Below, in pieces: positions 36,418-50,727 of a stretch of 64,000 bases of DNA (its first letter is position 1; each line of letters starts with the position of its first letter). Made by a program: the position numbers and the translations under genes. The DNA comes from Octopus vulgaris. Taxonomy: Eukaryota. Below the pieces are notes generated by a model, which saw only the letters and a program-made list of their open reading frames with translations, made no database searches and was not told the DNA's origin. The DNA lies in NCBI GenBank assembly GCA_951406725.2, contig OX597830.1:67952001-68016000 (forward strand). The letters are read 5' to 3'.

Positions 36418-36939
36418 GTAAATTTCTGTTTAAGTTATTTTCCTTATTTTTAAACTTCCAAGTATATTCTTGTTTTATATTAATATTAAATACTGATTTT
36501 TAACATTATAGTATTGACTCTTAGAATTTCAATATTCATTGTAGGGTAAACTTAAAACATTAGCTTACATCAAAGGATTAAAAAAAAGGCCCATATGATT
36601 TCCATTTATGATACAATGCTAATTTTGTGATAAGGGAAGTAATACATTCAAGGTTTTTCAGTTTCGTGTATTATTTTCTGTTTTACTTGAATTTTAATAG
36701 CAAAAGTGTCTGAGTGAATAAAGAGTTAAATTATCTGATCATAGAGAATTGGTTCAACTCTTCTGCCGGTATTTCATAGTTTCTAAGGAAAAACATTTTA
36801 TTCTACATTGTTCGGTTTCCTTAGATATCAAAAGTAAATAAAACATCAATTTGGCAATGTTCCGTCTCATCTCAAATACTATCAATCATCTTAGTCGCTT
36901 GTTTCACGGATCCAGTTTCTGATTCTGATTACAATCAGT

Positions 36940-38900
36940 GTGCAATGAATATGACTCAACAAAGCCGCAATACAACTCCAGAACTTCCTCGGCGATGACC
37001 ACTAATCTCTCTAGCAAGATTCTCATGAAGATCTTCCCAAAGATGCTGAGAAGAGAGATGCTGTAACTGTATTCACAGATTGCTCAGTCACCTCTGCTGA
37101 AGACTGTGATGATAGTCACATTGTTAAGGTCTCCAGGAACTACTGCTGCTTCCCACATGCGTTGGATAAACCTATACAACTTGATCTTCACAGTTTGACA
37201 ACCGTGTGGCAGGAGCTTCAGAACTATGTTGTCATGACCAGGTGCTCCCCATTTCTTTATGCGTTTTAGAGCCTTTTCCAGCTCAAGATAATTTGGAGGG
37301 AGTAACATCCAGTCTCAGATAGGATATTAGGGGATACTTCAGAGGAGGCCAATGATTGCAGTAGATGGCTGGTTGACAAGAGTATTCATTCCATGTTTCA
37401 AGTGTGTCTTGATTGTCCATCAAAGGGGTTAATCTGGCGGCGGATATGAGTGTATTGTTTACTCTACTAGGAGAACCAACGATTCCCCTTTCCCCAGCAT
37501 AGAGACGCCTGCCTAGGTTCTTTACTGTCTGCGAACAACTGTATCTCCCCTGCTTTTGCTAGCCACCAGAGATTTTGGAGTTCATGGATCCTCCACTGGC
37601 ATTGCTGCTTGGCCTACCAGAAGCATCGCAAGTGGGTTCACATTGGGAAATCCTATACCAGACGAAATTCTCTCTTCTGATCGATCAGCTTGGCAATATG
37701 GTCGTCATTTTGGTAAAACCAGTCTTAATGAGCGTGTTTGTAAAAGCCAGTTATTCCCCCAGGAGCTTTGGTGATCGTTTTGCCTAAATCAAACCAATAT
37801 ACTTCCACACTGTCCACTGCCCGTCAATGATAATGGTGGGGTTCCTTCTTCAGAAAGTTACATGAGGTGTGATGAGTGATCGCCCCAACATCGTAGGTCT
37901 TCAGTTTAGAAACAAAACCATCAAAGTGTCCACTCTATCTTTGTAGATACATTGCGATATGGAAGGTTTCGCAACTAAAACCTGTGCAGTCAATGATCCC
38001 TCCAGCAGTCCTCTGTGGCAGGGAGGCTGTGGTTCATTGGTACGTTGCTCTCATCACAGGATCAAGTGAGAAAGTAGTCCAGGTTGTGCCAGCACTTTTA
38101 TCTTGGATGCTCTTACGTGGTCTTTTGCTGGTTGGGAAAATGTAAATAACAATAAGCTCATTCTCAGCGCATAAGCCAATGAACAGCGGTATGTTTGAGT
38201 TTCAGTTTCCCACATCCTGTTTTCCCAGAATTCCCGTCCAGTGTTCATTAGTTCATCGACCCTGGCATTAAAATCTCTCAGTATGAGGAGTTTATTTCAT
38301 TTTAGCACAACTTGGCTTGTCCTGTTGAGATTAGAGTATTACAAATCTTTGATCTCATATCTAGAATCAAGGGTAGCAGCAGTAACTAAGATTAACGCAA
38401 GACGATTGTTCTTGAGGCACTCAATGATAGAGGTGGGAGACAGATTGTGTCTGTTCACTACGGAATTCTTCACAAAACCATGACCGAGGATTCACTGCTC
38501 TGTAAGATTTCTACCTTTACAGAAAAAGGTGTAAACCCTTCCTTCTTCACAAAGACTGCCAGTGAGTCTTGTTTCGGGTAGGTTTGTGATGTCTACACTG
38601 TAAGGATTCAGTTCTCCGCTCAAACAAGCAGTGCACTGTTTGGGTCTGTCTGTGTCATCCAGAGCCAGGAGTGTGCGCACATTCCAACTTCTCACAAAAA
38701 AGAAAGTTTTTCTTTTTTGCTTTTGCTTCCACTGTAATGGGTTACCAATGGCCTTGGTAAGTCAGTCAAGGAAACGAATGGTGTCCAAAGTTTGGCCTAA
38801 CTTTTCTAGAGGCATTCTTGTACGGTTGCACTGCAGTAATCCCGAGTAGGCTAACTCAACGACACCACACTTCATGGATAGAAAAATCTTTACATAAGAT
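36940..38900 (-). mobile_element. Degraded RTE/BovB-like LINE (EN-RT 5' half)
   Basis: Minus-strand SWNVRTL...ETRL...YTFFCKG and GAPGHDNI remnants. Confidence 0.75.
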
Positions 38901-39081
38901 CTGCCAGCATGTGGATGTCTTTGAATGGCTAAAATCTCATAAATTTAAATACTTGTAACTTCATTATTATTAATCTCTATAAAAAATTATAGCAATTTTT
39001 GTCATCAGCAGCATACAATAATACATCTTCAAGCAAGAATATGATACGGGTCAATGGAGTTGCAAAAAGGTTGTATCCATA

Positions 39082-39141
<60 letters not shown>

Positions 39142-39149
39142 ATATATAA

Positions 39150-39960
39150 ATGGAGTTAAACACAGGTGTTATTCAAATTCTTTTACTTCCGACACGTTTC
39201 GAAGACATCACTGGTTTTATTCCAAAGGAATAAAATGGTGTAAAACAATGTAATCTTCTCTTCAGCAAAATGAAGAAATGAAACTCATCAATAAGACATT
39301 TTAACAGAAAATGATGGATATGTAGAGTGATTAACTGAATGCTATAAAGTTTGTTTAAAAAAAACGTTATAGGATATAACGTCAAAGGTAGCCTATAGAA
39401 AGAGGAGAGATAAAGGAAAGAAAAACCAAATAAATGAGAAGTATATAACTATATGTATATTAAATAAAACTATATAGACTTGGAAAAGATATATCTAGTG
39501 AATTTGAAATGTAAGAAATTTAATGTTTAAATTATATATAATGATAGATATCACTTATATGAACTAAAGGTGTATTTCTGCCAATGTTTACATCAGTACG
39601 CATGCTCTATAATCGTGTTTACAAGGGGACTTTTAGAAAAAAGAATAAAAAATAGTTCAGAATTACAGAGAAGATAGAATTCCTTGCATTTGTCATAAGG
39701 TATCAAGATTGAGAGAATCAACCAATCTAAATTAAATTGTTTACTGTGGTCTATTAGATCTCAAATTAATTTACTAAGCCCTGTTCTGTTATGTTTATTC
39801 CTATCCCTAAATGTAGAGTAATGATTAGAAATTCTTTTAGATAACTGAGAAGATGTGCTTCCTATATAAAAAATACTTCATTACCAGTAGTAATTTTACA
39901 CTGGTATATTGAATTTCTAATTTGTGTCTAAAATCTCGTTCAGAGATTTATTATTGCTTT
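39150..39960 (-). mobile_element. Penelope-like element 3' end: GIY-YIG endonuclease remnant followed by a hammerhead (39186-39270)
   Basis: Minus translation near 39915-39720 gives SIYQCKI...FYIGSTS...KRISNH...GLSK. Downstream: CUGAAGA-GAAGA-[inner hairpin]-UCUUC-GAAAC-GU-GUC. Confidence 0.75.
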
Positions 39961-40056
39961 CAGACCGTTTTTCGAAATCAGTGACAGTGGTTACTGGGAA
40001 AAACATTAAATAGATATTCGCAAACAGGTCTCTCCTCATCGAAAACCGGTGATTAC

Positions 40057-40101
40057 CGTGTGTTAACAAGAGACAATAATCTCGAAACTGCAGTCCATGC
40101 G
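40057..40101 (+). ncRNA. Minimal hammerhead relic with U3:A8 pair and G5A change
   Basis: CGUGUG / UUAACAA / GAGA-caauaa-UCUC / GAAAC-UGCA-GUC / CAUGCG. Confidence 0.55.
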
Positions 40102-40312
40102 TATCACTTAGGGTTACGAGAGGGGATGACTTCCCTTTGCAAATATCATAAGGGCACAGAAATTGTGTCTAAAACCAGCTGGAGACGATGATCTCCTGGG
40201 GCTAAAAAGCTACAGTAACACCCACCCCAAGTGGTTAGCCATATTGAGATGGCTAGTATACTTTACGTTGTCGAGCGCTTACTGTTTACATCTCGTTCAG
40301 AGATTTATTATT

Positions 40313-40364
<52 letters not shown>

Positions 40365-40381
40365 ATATATATGTATACATA

Positions 40382-40445
<64 letters not shown>

Positions 40446-40962
40446 AAATGAAGGGTAATACTTGTAGCACCAGCAGGTGAAAAATGGCAGTCAAAACGAC
40501 TCAAAACCACCGCTTCGACTTGTACACAAGGATGAAATTAATACATACAGGATATATGCGCCCACACAGCTACACCAAAGACCACTACTTCTGGTACCAT
40601 TGCTGCCGAATTCTTCCTCCAGCATCAACAGATACAAAGATCACTCACACATACATATAAACAGTTATTACCACTTACAACACATATGCACACACACACG
40701 CAGTTACCACCACCCACATACACTCACACACTCAGTTACTGCTACACACACATATACACACACAAACACATACACGCATGCTATCACACACATGCATATA
40801 CTTACACATACACATATATCCCTCCTTTTACACTCTCTCCTGTCTTAGAAAGAACTTTTTCTTTGTCTATCTCCTTCTGGTCATTCCAAAATGTAACTAC
40901 ATGTGAATTGTTGGTGATTATTTTCTTCTGTCTTCCTTTTCTCTTGGACTTTCCTCTGTCTC

Positions 40963-41001
40963 CTGTTTCTGAAGAAGAGCTTTGCTCGAAATGTAAGACA
41001 G
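40963..41001 (+). ncRNA. Minimal Penelope-type hammerhead candidate
   Basis: CUGUUU / CUGAAGA-A / GAGC-uuu-GCUC / GAAAUGUA / AGACAG. Stem III looks CpG-decayed (GAAAC to GAAAU). Confidence 0.6.
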
Positions 41002-41396
41002 CCTTTTTTTCCTTCTGTGAGCATCTAAATAATACTTTGTATGTACCACGTTCTCGTGCATTGTTGTTTTTTCTTCTGATAATGATGATGATGATGATGA
41101 TTACTTCATCTTGACAGATGATAGCCATCCCATCAACGCACACACAGTACCCCATCACATGGCAAAATCTTTCAATTGATGAACCCTCAGATGACCTTTT
41201 GGGGCCAGCTGCTAACTGACGGTATAAAACACAAGTGATAGATAATCAAATCTCTTTTACGTCTTTGTCCTCTGGAACCTGTCTCTGAAGGAATGTTTTT
41301 TATGAACCAGCATCCGTATATTAAGTCTAGATATTATCTTACAAATTTTGTGACATGTTATACATTGTTAAAAGTGGCCAGGGTTCAAGATTATTA

Positions 41397-42687
41397 CGAG
41401 GGGCGTTCAATAAGTAATGCCCCTGACCCACTTCCCATAGTAGTAGAGCAACAAAACTCGGCACAGGTATTAGTCGTTTTCTACATAGGAACCACCCAGA
41501 GTTACGCATTTCTCCCATCGTTTGATGCAGCTCTGGATACCGTTTTTGTAGAAGACCCCAGCTTGGTCCTCCAGCCACGACGTGACTTCAGAAATCAAGG
41601 CTGCATCATCTGGTAAACGCTTTCCTTTCAAAAACAACTTCATGGGTGGAAAGAGGTGAAAATCAGAGGGTGCAAGATCAGGAGAGTAGGGGGATGGGGG
41701 AGAAGTTCATAGCCGCACGCCTGTGCTTTTGATCTGGCGACACGCGAGTTGTGGACCGGAGCGTTGTCCTGCAGGAGGAGGATGCCTTTGCTGATCTTGC
41801 CCCGCCTCTTGATTTTGATAGCTTCTCTTAATTTCCTCAAAAGTGAAGCATAATAGGCTCCTGTAATTGTGGTACCCTTTGCCAGAAAATCTGTCACCAC
41901 TACTCCGTCCTGGTCCCAGAAGACTGTGAGCGTGACCTTGCCAGCGGAGGGCTGCACCCTTGCCTTCTTTGGAGGAGGTGAGTCACGGCGCATCTACTGC
42001 ATTGACTGGGCTTTGGTCTCTGGATCATAGTGATGGACCCAGGTTTCATCCTGTGTAATCAGTCTTTTGAAATATTTTGACTCATCTTCATGGCACATCT
42101 CCAAATTTATCCTCGAGTATTCGACGCGTTCTTGCTTCTGGAAAGGTGTGAGCAACCTGGGAATCCATCTGGCAGACACCTTTTGCATATGTAAATGGTC
42201 ATGAATGATAGTTTCCACAGACCCGGTACTAATCTTGACTTCATGGGCTATTTGGCGAATAGTTATGCGTCGATCTTCCAAAATGGCAGCCTCAACTTGA
42301 CGGACAGATGCCTCATCAATGGCAGAAGGGGGTGACCAGATCTGGGAGCTGTTTCCACAGAGTTCTGACCAAGTTTGAATTCACAATGCCAGCGTTTTAC
42401 AAGGTCATATGATGGGGCATCATCACCATAAGTTACTTTCATTTCATCAAAAGTTTCCCGTGGTGTGCGTCCTTTCAAATACAAAAACCGGATCACTGCT
42501 CGACACTCAACAGGCTCCATTTCACACTTGACTCAGTTCAAACACCTGTAAATCAGAAACCACAATTAGTTCAGAGCTGTAATTTCCCACTTAATCTATA
42601 AAGATATAAATAATTGCACATGCAAAATTTCAGCTAAATCAAACAAGTGCAATTGGGTCAGGGGCATTACTTATTGAACGCCCCTCG
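41397..42687 (-). mobile_element. Full-length mariner DNA transposon (1291 bp), transposase pseudogenised
   Basis: Perfect 34-bp TIRs cgaggggcgttcaataagtaatgcccctgaccca (41397-41430 and 42654-42687) with TA TSDs. WIPRLL, QDETWVH and QDNAPVH motifs are split over three ORFs by frameshifts and a stop. Confidence 0.96.
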
Positions 42688-42699
42688 TATCTGCCTGAG

Positions 42700-44270
42700 C
42701 ATTCCAACTTTCATGTGACTTCATATTATTTACATTTTCAGCTTTTGACAACAAAACACGATTGCACACAATACATAGCCAATATTCACTGTCGATTTCA
42801 GTTATAATTGTTCCTTTCTGACAGAACCTTTTAAGCTCAAAGCACTGAATCATCTTTTTGTTCCAAGTCTTGCAACAGCACTTCTCCACTTGTTTCAATC
42901 CAGAGCATCCATTTCACTTTTGGTGAAATCTCTCCAGTATTTTCATATGACGCCTCTGGGTGGTTCACATCTCACTTGAATAAAAAAAGTGCAGTCAATA
43001 CACATGTTTTATAGACATCGGTTTTTGTTTGCAAGGAAATACCACTATCCAATCATACTCGTTTTTCCAGTTCTCCAAATGCAACATTTGCCTTTCCTAT
43101 TTGATAGTACATCTCTACATCAAGACCAACATCTCTTGACAGTGTGCTTCCAAAATATATAAAAGAATCAATGACTTCTAACCTTGTTCCGTTCACAAAA
43201 ATGTTTGATTCAGAATATATTTGCCCTTGAGCGGGAGCAAACACTACATTGATTTTCCCAAGACTAATTGTGAAACCGAAAAGTGCATATGTAGTGAAAG
43301 ATCTGTCTGTTATTTGTCGAATATCCTCCTCTGAGTGTCCCAACAAATCAGCACCAACAGCGTAAAACAATTCTCTAACAAGCGTTTTAGAAGTCTTTGC
43401 TTTGCATTTAGATCAGGTCAAATTATAAATGTAACTAGATCAGGTCAAATTATAAATCCGATCCTGATTCCCCTGTTGCAATCGTTGAAGGCATACCAAA
43501 TCAATGTAGCAACACACATAGAGAAGCGTCAAGGAGCAGGAATGTCTCCCCGTTTGACACCGTTCTTCACCGAAAATTCACAAGATAGCTCCCTATTAAA
43601 GACCACCTGACCTTTCACATTTCTATGTAGTTCCTTATAGATTCATACAAAATGTGTTGGGCAACCAAGTTTGCACAAAACGATCTACAGAGCCTCTCTG
43701 TTTATTGTGGCAAATGCCTTGGTTAAATCTATGAAGACCTGGTATAGTGGCATTTGTTCCCCTATGCATTTCTCCTGAACCTGCCTCACAGAAAATATTA
43801 ATTCTGTTGTTCCTTGCTCAGGTCTGAAACCACACTGTTCCTCGGAAATTGCATGGTGACACACATTTTCAATGTGACGATTTAACATGATCCTTGGAAG
43901 TATCTACCCAGTATGTTCCAGTGGGGTTATCCCTTTAGAATTACTACACACTGATTTTGGGCCCTTATTCTTAATAGGCTATGAATTTCTGATGAAATAT
44001 GATTCCCACCAATCCAGGAACTTTACCTGATTTCAATTTATACAATGCCAGATTTACTTCTGTTGAAAGTGTTTTAGTCATGTGCTACACTAGCTCTCTT
44101 TGCGGAATGTTATTTATGACATCCATGTTTACCACAGAAGGACTGTGGAAAAGATCTGCAAAGCATTCTCTCCATCTACTCATTATTTCAGGAGGATCTT
44201 TAACATCATTTCCATTTTTTGACTTCAAGGGAATTCTTCTCAGGGGTTTCAATAAATGCAACAGAAGCAA
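42700..44270 (-). mobile_element. Degraded RTE/BovB-like LINE
   Basis: EEQCGFRP...FIDLTKAF and FGFTISLGK...FIYFGSTLS remnants. Confidence 0.8.
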
Positions 44271-44992
44271 GTTTGAAGCAAATATTAGCCATTTTTCATA
44301 CTTTCTAGGAGCAAGGAATTAGGAAACAACATTTGCTATCAGAGGACAAAAATCATGTTATACAGTGTTATTATTGGTATAAATGTGAATTTATAATCTG
44401 GATATAGAAGCTAGAAGCTTCGAAGCAGTCGTCCATAATTATTTGTTTCTCCTTAATTTTCAGAGTGATATTCATGTCAGCAGAACAACTGACTTTTCTA
44501 TGATGGAACATACTTTTTCCTGTCTGAGCCAAACGAATAAATGTATACACCACAGGCTTCAGAACAGTTTCTGTCTACCAAATCCATTAACAAGGCGTTG
44601 GTTGCCACCTGGGCTTTAGTAGTTGTCACTTGCCCAAGGTGCCATTTGTGTGTGTCTCTGCATGATGGTGTGATTATGTGTCTGTATAGCAATTCATTGG
44701 TGTTCCTTTTTCTAATGCCTGTGAACATTAAAACCTCCCCCACCAACACATTCAGTAGATCTCAGTCCTTATTCTTATATTCTTTCTTCCTCTCCCTCCT
44801 TCTTTCCACCTCTCCCTCTTTCTCTCCCACTCTCTTCCCCTTCTCTCTTTGTCTCTCTTTGCTCCCCCTCCCGTCCCACTTTGCTGTACTTTTTTTGTGT
44901 GTCATAACAAATAAAACGTGTATTATTATATTGTTAGATTACAATGATGTTGATAATATGTATAACAGATAAAATATTGATTTAACTTCTAG

Positions 44993-45167
44993 GGATCATG
45001 GCCTGCAAATTATGAGATAAAAGATGGTATTGACTCAACAACATCTGCTTTGGATCCTAATCATTCACATTTTATCCTTGTTGATGATGGCACCCAAGAA
45101 ACTCTTGGAGTAGAAGCTGAGTTCAGAAAAAAGTTAGAAGATACTATTTCACAATATGAAATCCCAG
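44993..45167 (+). CDS. TRPM-family channel exon (GSWPANY...LDPNHSHFILVDDGT...FRKKLEDTISQYEIP-G)
   Basis: cttctAG acceptor and CAG|GTAAGT donor; 175 nt. Contains the hallmark TRPM motif LDPNHSHFILVDDGT. Confidence 0.95.
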
Positions 45168-46172
45168 GTAAGTTGTTATTGCAAAGAAATCTAAACATAA
45201 TCTATAGAGCTGAGATGAAATGTTAAAAATAACTTGTTAAATTTACACATACATCTTACGAAATTACTCTTTTTAATAGGGAACAAGTCTTTTATAAGTC
45301 ATAGTTAAGTTAATGGTAATATATTCCTATCGAGACAACTCTATTTGTCTATGCCATCCAATCCACCTTTACTCAACGATACTCCTATCACGATTTTGAC
45401 AAGAACAGTGATGTCGGTGCTTGGCTAATGAGGTCACAATAAGTTTGAAACATGACTGGATTTTCTCTTTGAAGTTTTATTCTCTACATTGTTCTCATCA
45501 TTATGTTTTCTCCAAATGTATTCTTCATTTTTATAAATATTTTATGTAATCTTTTATGGAATACTGTTTTTACATTTGGACTGGTGTCCTGGTTGCTGTC
45601 CTTCCTCTCTGTTCAAGTTGTATATAGAACTATTACTCTGTCGAATAGATACATACAAGCAAATATAAACATGCCTACACATATGTACAGGCACAACCAA
45701 TCATATAAACACATATACACATACATTTATATGTATAATCTTCATATAAATATATATGTGTAGATGTTTATCCATCTACACATATATATATGTCTCTATT
45801 TTCACAGACAACGGTTAAACTCAAAACCTTTTTTCTCATTTCTTTTGTATTTTACATAGACATATACATCTATATGTGTATACAAACATACATACCCATA
45901 TGCACATGCATATACACAGTCATACACATACATACATGAGTATGTATGCGTGTATGAATGTTTATATGCATGTAATTTGGGTATTGTGTATATATATGTA
46001 TATTACAAATGTGTGTGTGTGTATGTCTATGTACTATATGAAAATAAAAGGAAAAAGAAAAGTTTACATGTACATACACATATACACATGCAGACACGTC
46101 TACACTTGTAAATACTCAAATACATATCTACATACGTACATATGTACATACATACATACATACATACATACA

Positions 46173-46205
<33 letters not shown>

Positions 46206-46339
46206 GCGTATATGCATGCATACGCATGTACACATGCATACTTACATACATGTATGCATACATACATACATACATACATACATACATACATACATACATA
46301 CATACATACATACATACATACATACATACATAGCAGCTG

Positions 46340-48360
46340 TCTACTTTTCATGCAGAGTTTGACCACCTCCTGTACCTACGCTTTAGAACCATCATGGCAT
46401 CTGATGTGGACTTTTTAAACCAGACAATATTTTGAAAAGCCATTCACATAGATTGCATATCTGATTTAGACCACCAAGAGCTGCAGTTAAGTTCTGATCT
46501 TTGTGGATCTTAAAATGTCTTTTGAGGCCTCCATTAGATTTGCTAACCTCCTGGCATACATTGCATTGGAAGGTGTGCACAGACATACAGGCAAAATAGC
46601 TGGTGGAGATTTGCTTTCCATGGATTCACAAATGATATTTGAGCCCAACGAAAGAAAGGCATTATCTGTCACATACTGTACACACAAAATATCACTCTAG
46701 CTGTCATATCTTGATGCAAAGCCCTGACCAAGTTAACAAATTTTTCTGGGCAACCTATTTTCCTTAGAATTAGTCACAGAGTATTTCGATTAACGGTATC
46801 GAATGCTTTGCTTCAATCAACAAAGCAATGGTATAGGGCAAGATTCTGTTCAATGCACTTTTCCTAAAATTGTCTGATAGTAAAGATACAATCAACTGTT
46901 CTCCTGGAGGAGTGAAAAATCACATTAAGAATCAGACACCTTATTTGGAACTATGAAGGTATTTAAACGTTCTAACAGAACGCGGGCAAGTACCTTTCCA
47001 ACCACAAACAAAAGCTAAATCCCACGAAAATTACCACACAGATCCTTTGGCCCCGATTTATACAAGGAAACTAAAATGGCATCAATCCAGTCTTGAGGCA
47101 TTTTCTTAGTTCTCCAACATTGACTAATTAATAAAGTTAAGAGTACAAACATTTTGTCACCCCCATATTTCAAGACCTCTGCACAGATTACATCAGACCC
47201 TAGAGACTTATTGCTATTAAGCTTATTCACAGCTAAATAAATGTCATTCAGAGTTGGTTCAAACGCCATCTCTTCTATAGCTAGGTGTTCAAATTTTTCT
47301 ATCATCTTCATGTCATTAGATGACGGTCTATTCAAAAGTGCAGAAAAATGTTCCACCCAGCAATTATGAATAGAAGCTGTGTCAGTCAGAAACAAACGTC
47401 CATTTGCTGTTCTCACTGGAGCTATTGAAGAGGATTTGAGGCTGTATAGTTCCTTGGCATAAGAGTTCAAACCCATGGCATCATTTCTATAAGCTGCTTC
47501 TTTTACTCTATCATTCCACCATTCCTGTTTAATTTTCCTTGGAGCAGTCAGCACTTTGCCTTTCAGCTTTTGGTAAGCTTTGTTTGAGTTGGGGTCCAAG
47601 GACTGAGAAAGAAGTGTATTGCCTAAGTTTTGTTTTTCGAAAAGTAGGTCATGAATTTCTGTTGATTTTATCTGAGAACTAGTCACTGGACGTTTGCGAT
47701 TTAAATCCCACTGATGAACTTGCAGCCTGAAATACTGTTGTTTCTAAATCTTCCCATAGATTGTTTTGAAGTTTGCAACATTTAACTTTTTGCATACCAG
47801 AGGACCAAGCAGTCAACTTTTAGGCATTATCAAAAAAATTATTTTTCCACACACTAGATAATGGTTAGTCCAGCCCTCTGCTCCTCTCATGACCCAAACA
47901 CTAGAAACATCTTTCATATCACATTTTCTGATCAAAATATAATCTCTGAGATGCCAGTGCTTAGATACTGGGTGCATCCAGGTGGTTTCATATTTATTTT
48001 TCTGCTTAAACAGATTGTTGGTAACAACCAGATTATTCTCAGTTCAAAACGTCAAAAGAGCTACTCAATTTTTATTATATTTTTCAATCCCATGTTCACC
48101 TAAAACAAGCCATGAAACGTAGTCATTTCTAACTCTTGCATTGATATAAACATATTTACACATATTTGTTGGATGGCCATTTACAGCTTATGAGTTCCTC
48201 CGCCTTCTAACAGGTCTTATTTTCATCCCGCAGGTTGTCCAACAATCATCTTACTCACCATGCAAGCTTGGTGGGGTTGCCAGTTTAGTCACCGACGACC
48301 CAACCATGCAACAGATTTTAATGGGTTACATGTTACCAGTAGCACTCAAGTGTGATCTGA
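46340..48360 (-). mobile_element. Degraded, internally deleted RTE/BovB-like LINE
   Basis: WVEHFSALLN...KSLGSD...DWIDAILVSLYK...NFRGI, plus a C-terminal C2H2 finger remnant (CNVC...LKRHFKIH). Confidence 0.8.
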
Positions 48361-50341
48361 CATATATACATACGTAAACACACATATATATCATAAACTG
48401 CTACTTTCTCCGATGCAGCACAAAGTTTTGTCAGTGAACAGGTCGCGGGTTCAAAGCAATGAAAATATTTGGACACAAGTTAAATTTAATTGTTGAAGTG
48501 AAACTAACGGTTTTTGTATATTCTTGAATGGCTTAGAAACATCTTGCATGCTGAAATTGTTTTTGTTTCAGCACACGATCTCAGATCAAGTCCCTTGCTA
48601 TGCAATTACATCTCCGTAATTAAAGACTTTAATTTTGGTTTAAAGTGATGCTGAATTAAGGCATGAATTTCATTGTTACTTTTTTAATTTGGGATCGCTG
48701 GTTGGGTCTGATGGAAGTCACTTGACAACAACACAGCTACTCTGCCTTTTGGAAATCTATCGTCATACTCTCCTTCATTGATTTGCCTAGAGCTTCCAAA
48801 TAATCCAAGACTACCATTTGATCTCTCTTAAGAACTTGTCTGATTCTCAAACTCATGACAATGTGATACAGGGGTACATCAAGACCAAGAAGAGTTTGAA
48901 AACAGAATTCGCTAAAATACAGCAGAAAAGGATGTAGCATTATATTGATAGACACTCTTTATTGTAGTAGGGGTTTGCATGGCTCATTAACTCTGAGGCC
49001 AATGCAGACGGTATCTAGCACTCTTGTCAGACCGCCCATGGTGATAAATTTAAAAATTGAACCCAGACAGAATATAACCAAACTTTTCAAGATCCCTGTC
49101 ACAGAGTAAACAGATATAGACAACAACAATAGTTAATTACAATAGTATTTGAACTGGAGAAGGTGGACAATGGCAGATGAACTGGCTAAGCTTGTACTAC
49201 TCAGAACTAGAACTGAGTTATTGGGAACCTGATATTGCCCTTGGTAGTGGAGTTTTACTGTATTCCATGGTAAAGTTAATATTATTGTTTATGCTGTTGA
49301 GTAGAGTTTTGAAATCTGTAAGTTGTTCAAATGTGTGCGTCTTGATAATAGATAAACATGTTCCCTAAACCACGCCGGCCCTCTTTTTAGGTGCAAAATA
49401 TACTGTCACCTGACACTAAAGCACGGACGTAATGGGAAACATACAAAAGGTTATAAACTTAATCATGTGTTCATTCCCTACAAACATTTAGCAGAAAACA
49501 TTTAGAGCATTGATTGTTTGGATTCGTTCAGTCAACCGTATCAGCCTTAACTTACAACGCCAAACATCGTCACTTAATACTAACACACGGACGGACGTAG
49601 TGGAGAAGCCACAAAAGTTTCTAAGATTAGTCATGTGACTATCCTCTACCAAGCAATTCCTATTCAAAACATATGCTAATTTGAACCATGAACACACCAA
49701 TAAAAACGGGGCAAACTTCAAACACTAGTCAGAAACAAGACAGTTGCAACATTGTCCTAGTATCATGCTAAAAGCCCCCTATGAATTTCAGTACCTGGCA
49801 CACCTTCAAAGTTTTGTTTCATTAACTTTATATATAGTTTAGACGGTAATGACAATTGTCGTTATCAAATATTTATATATCCATAATTGTTATTTAAATC
49901 AAACGCTGGAGTTGGGTTTTTTTATATATATTTTTCTTATTTTGAACGGCTTGGCGTTCAAGTAATTTCCTCCTAGCATTATTTAATTATTTGTTCCTGT
50001 CTGGGCTATTAAAGGTGTTTATAAATATTTTTTGTTGCTGGTACATATTCATTCCAATAAGTAATTCCTGAAGAAAAGCCTAATTCTGATTTCAAAAAGG
50101 ACTTTTTCATTTTTGTTTTTGGAATTAATTACGACTGGAGACAATTTGTAGAATTTTTATTGGATTTGTACCAATTTTAGATTAAAGATTAAAAGATTGT
50201 CTACGCCTATATTTTTTTCCTTTCCTTATACTTTATTTATTGATTATACCAATACTGAATATATTGTTTTCATATATTCTTTCCTTGGATTGTACTGGTG
50301 GACTCGGATGTTTAACATCCCTTTGAAGGGTTTTGGTCCTT

Positions 50342-50727
50342 AGGCGTAGGAGTGGCTGTGTGGTAAGTAGCTTGCTTATGAATCACATGGTTCCGGGTTC
50401 AGTCCCACTGCTTGGCACCTTGGCCAAGTGTCTTCTACTATAGCCTTGGGCCAACAAAACCCTTGTGAGTGGATTTGGTAGACGGAAACTGAAAGAAGCT
50501 CGTCATATATATGTATATATGTAAGTGTGTCTGTGTTTGTCCCCCAAACTTCGCTTGACAACTGATGCTGTTTATGTCCCTATAACTTAGCAGTTCAGCA
50601 AAAGACACCGATAGAATAAGTACTAGGCTTACAAAAATAAGTCCTGGGGTCGATTTGCTCGACCAAAGGCGATGCTCCAGCATGGCCACAGTCAAATGAT
50701 TGAAGCAAGTAAATGAGTAAAAGAATA
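50342..50727 (+). mobile_element. Full-length tRNA-derived SINE (octopus OR-like)
   Basis: A box (gtggctgtgtggt), B box (ggttcagtccc), central conserved block, and a tail resembling the CR1 3' end (ggcgatgctccagcatggccacag). Confidence 0.85.

Noticed and set aside
48180-48360. HDV-like ribozyme in the RTE 5' UTR (minus strand)
   Set aside because: A GC-rich hairpin is visible, but I could not assign the nested double pseudoknot by eye. It needs a descriptor search.
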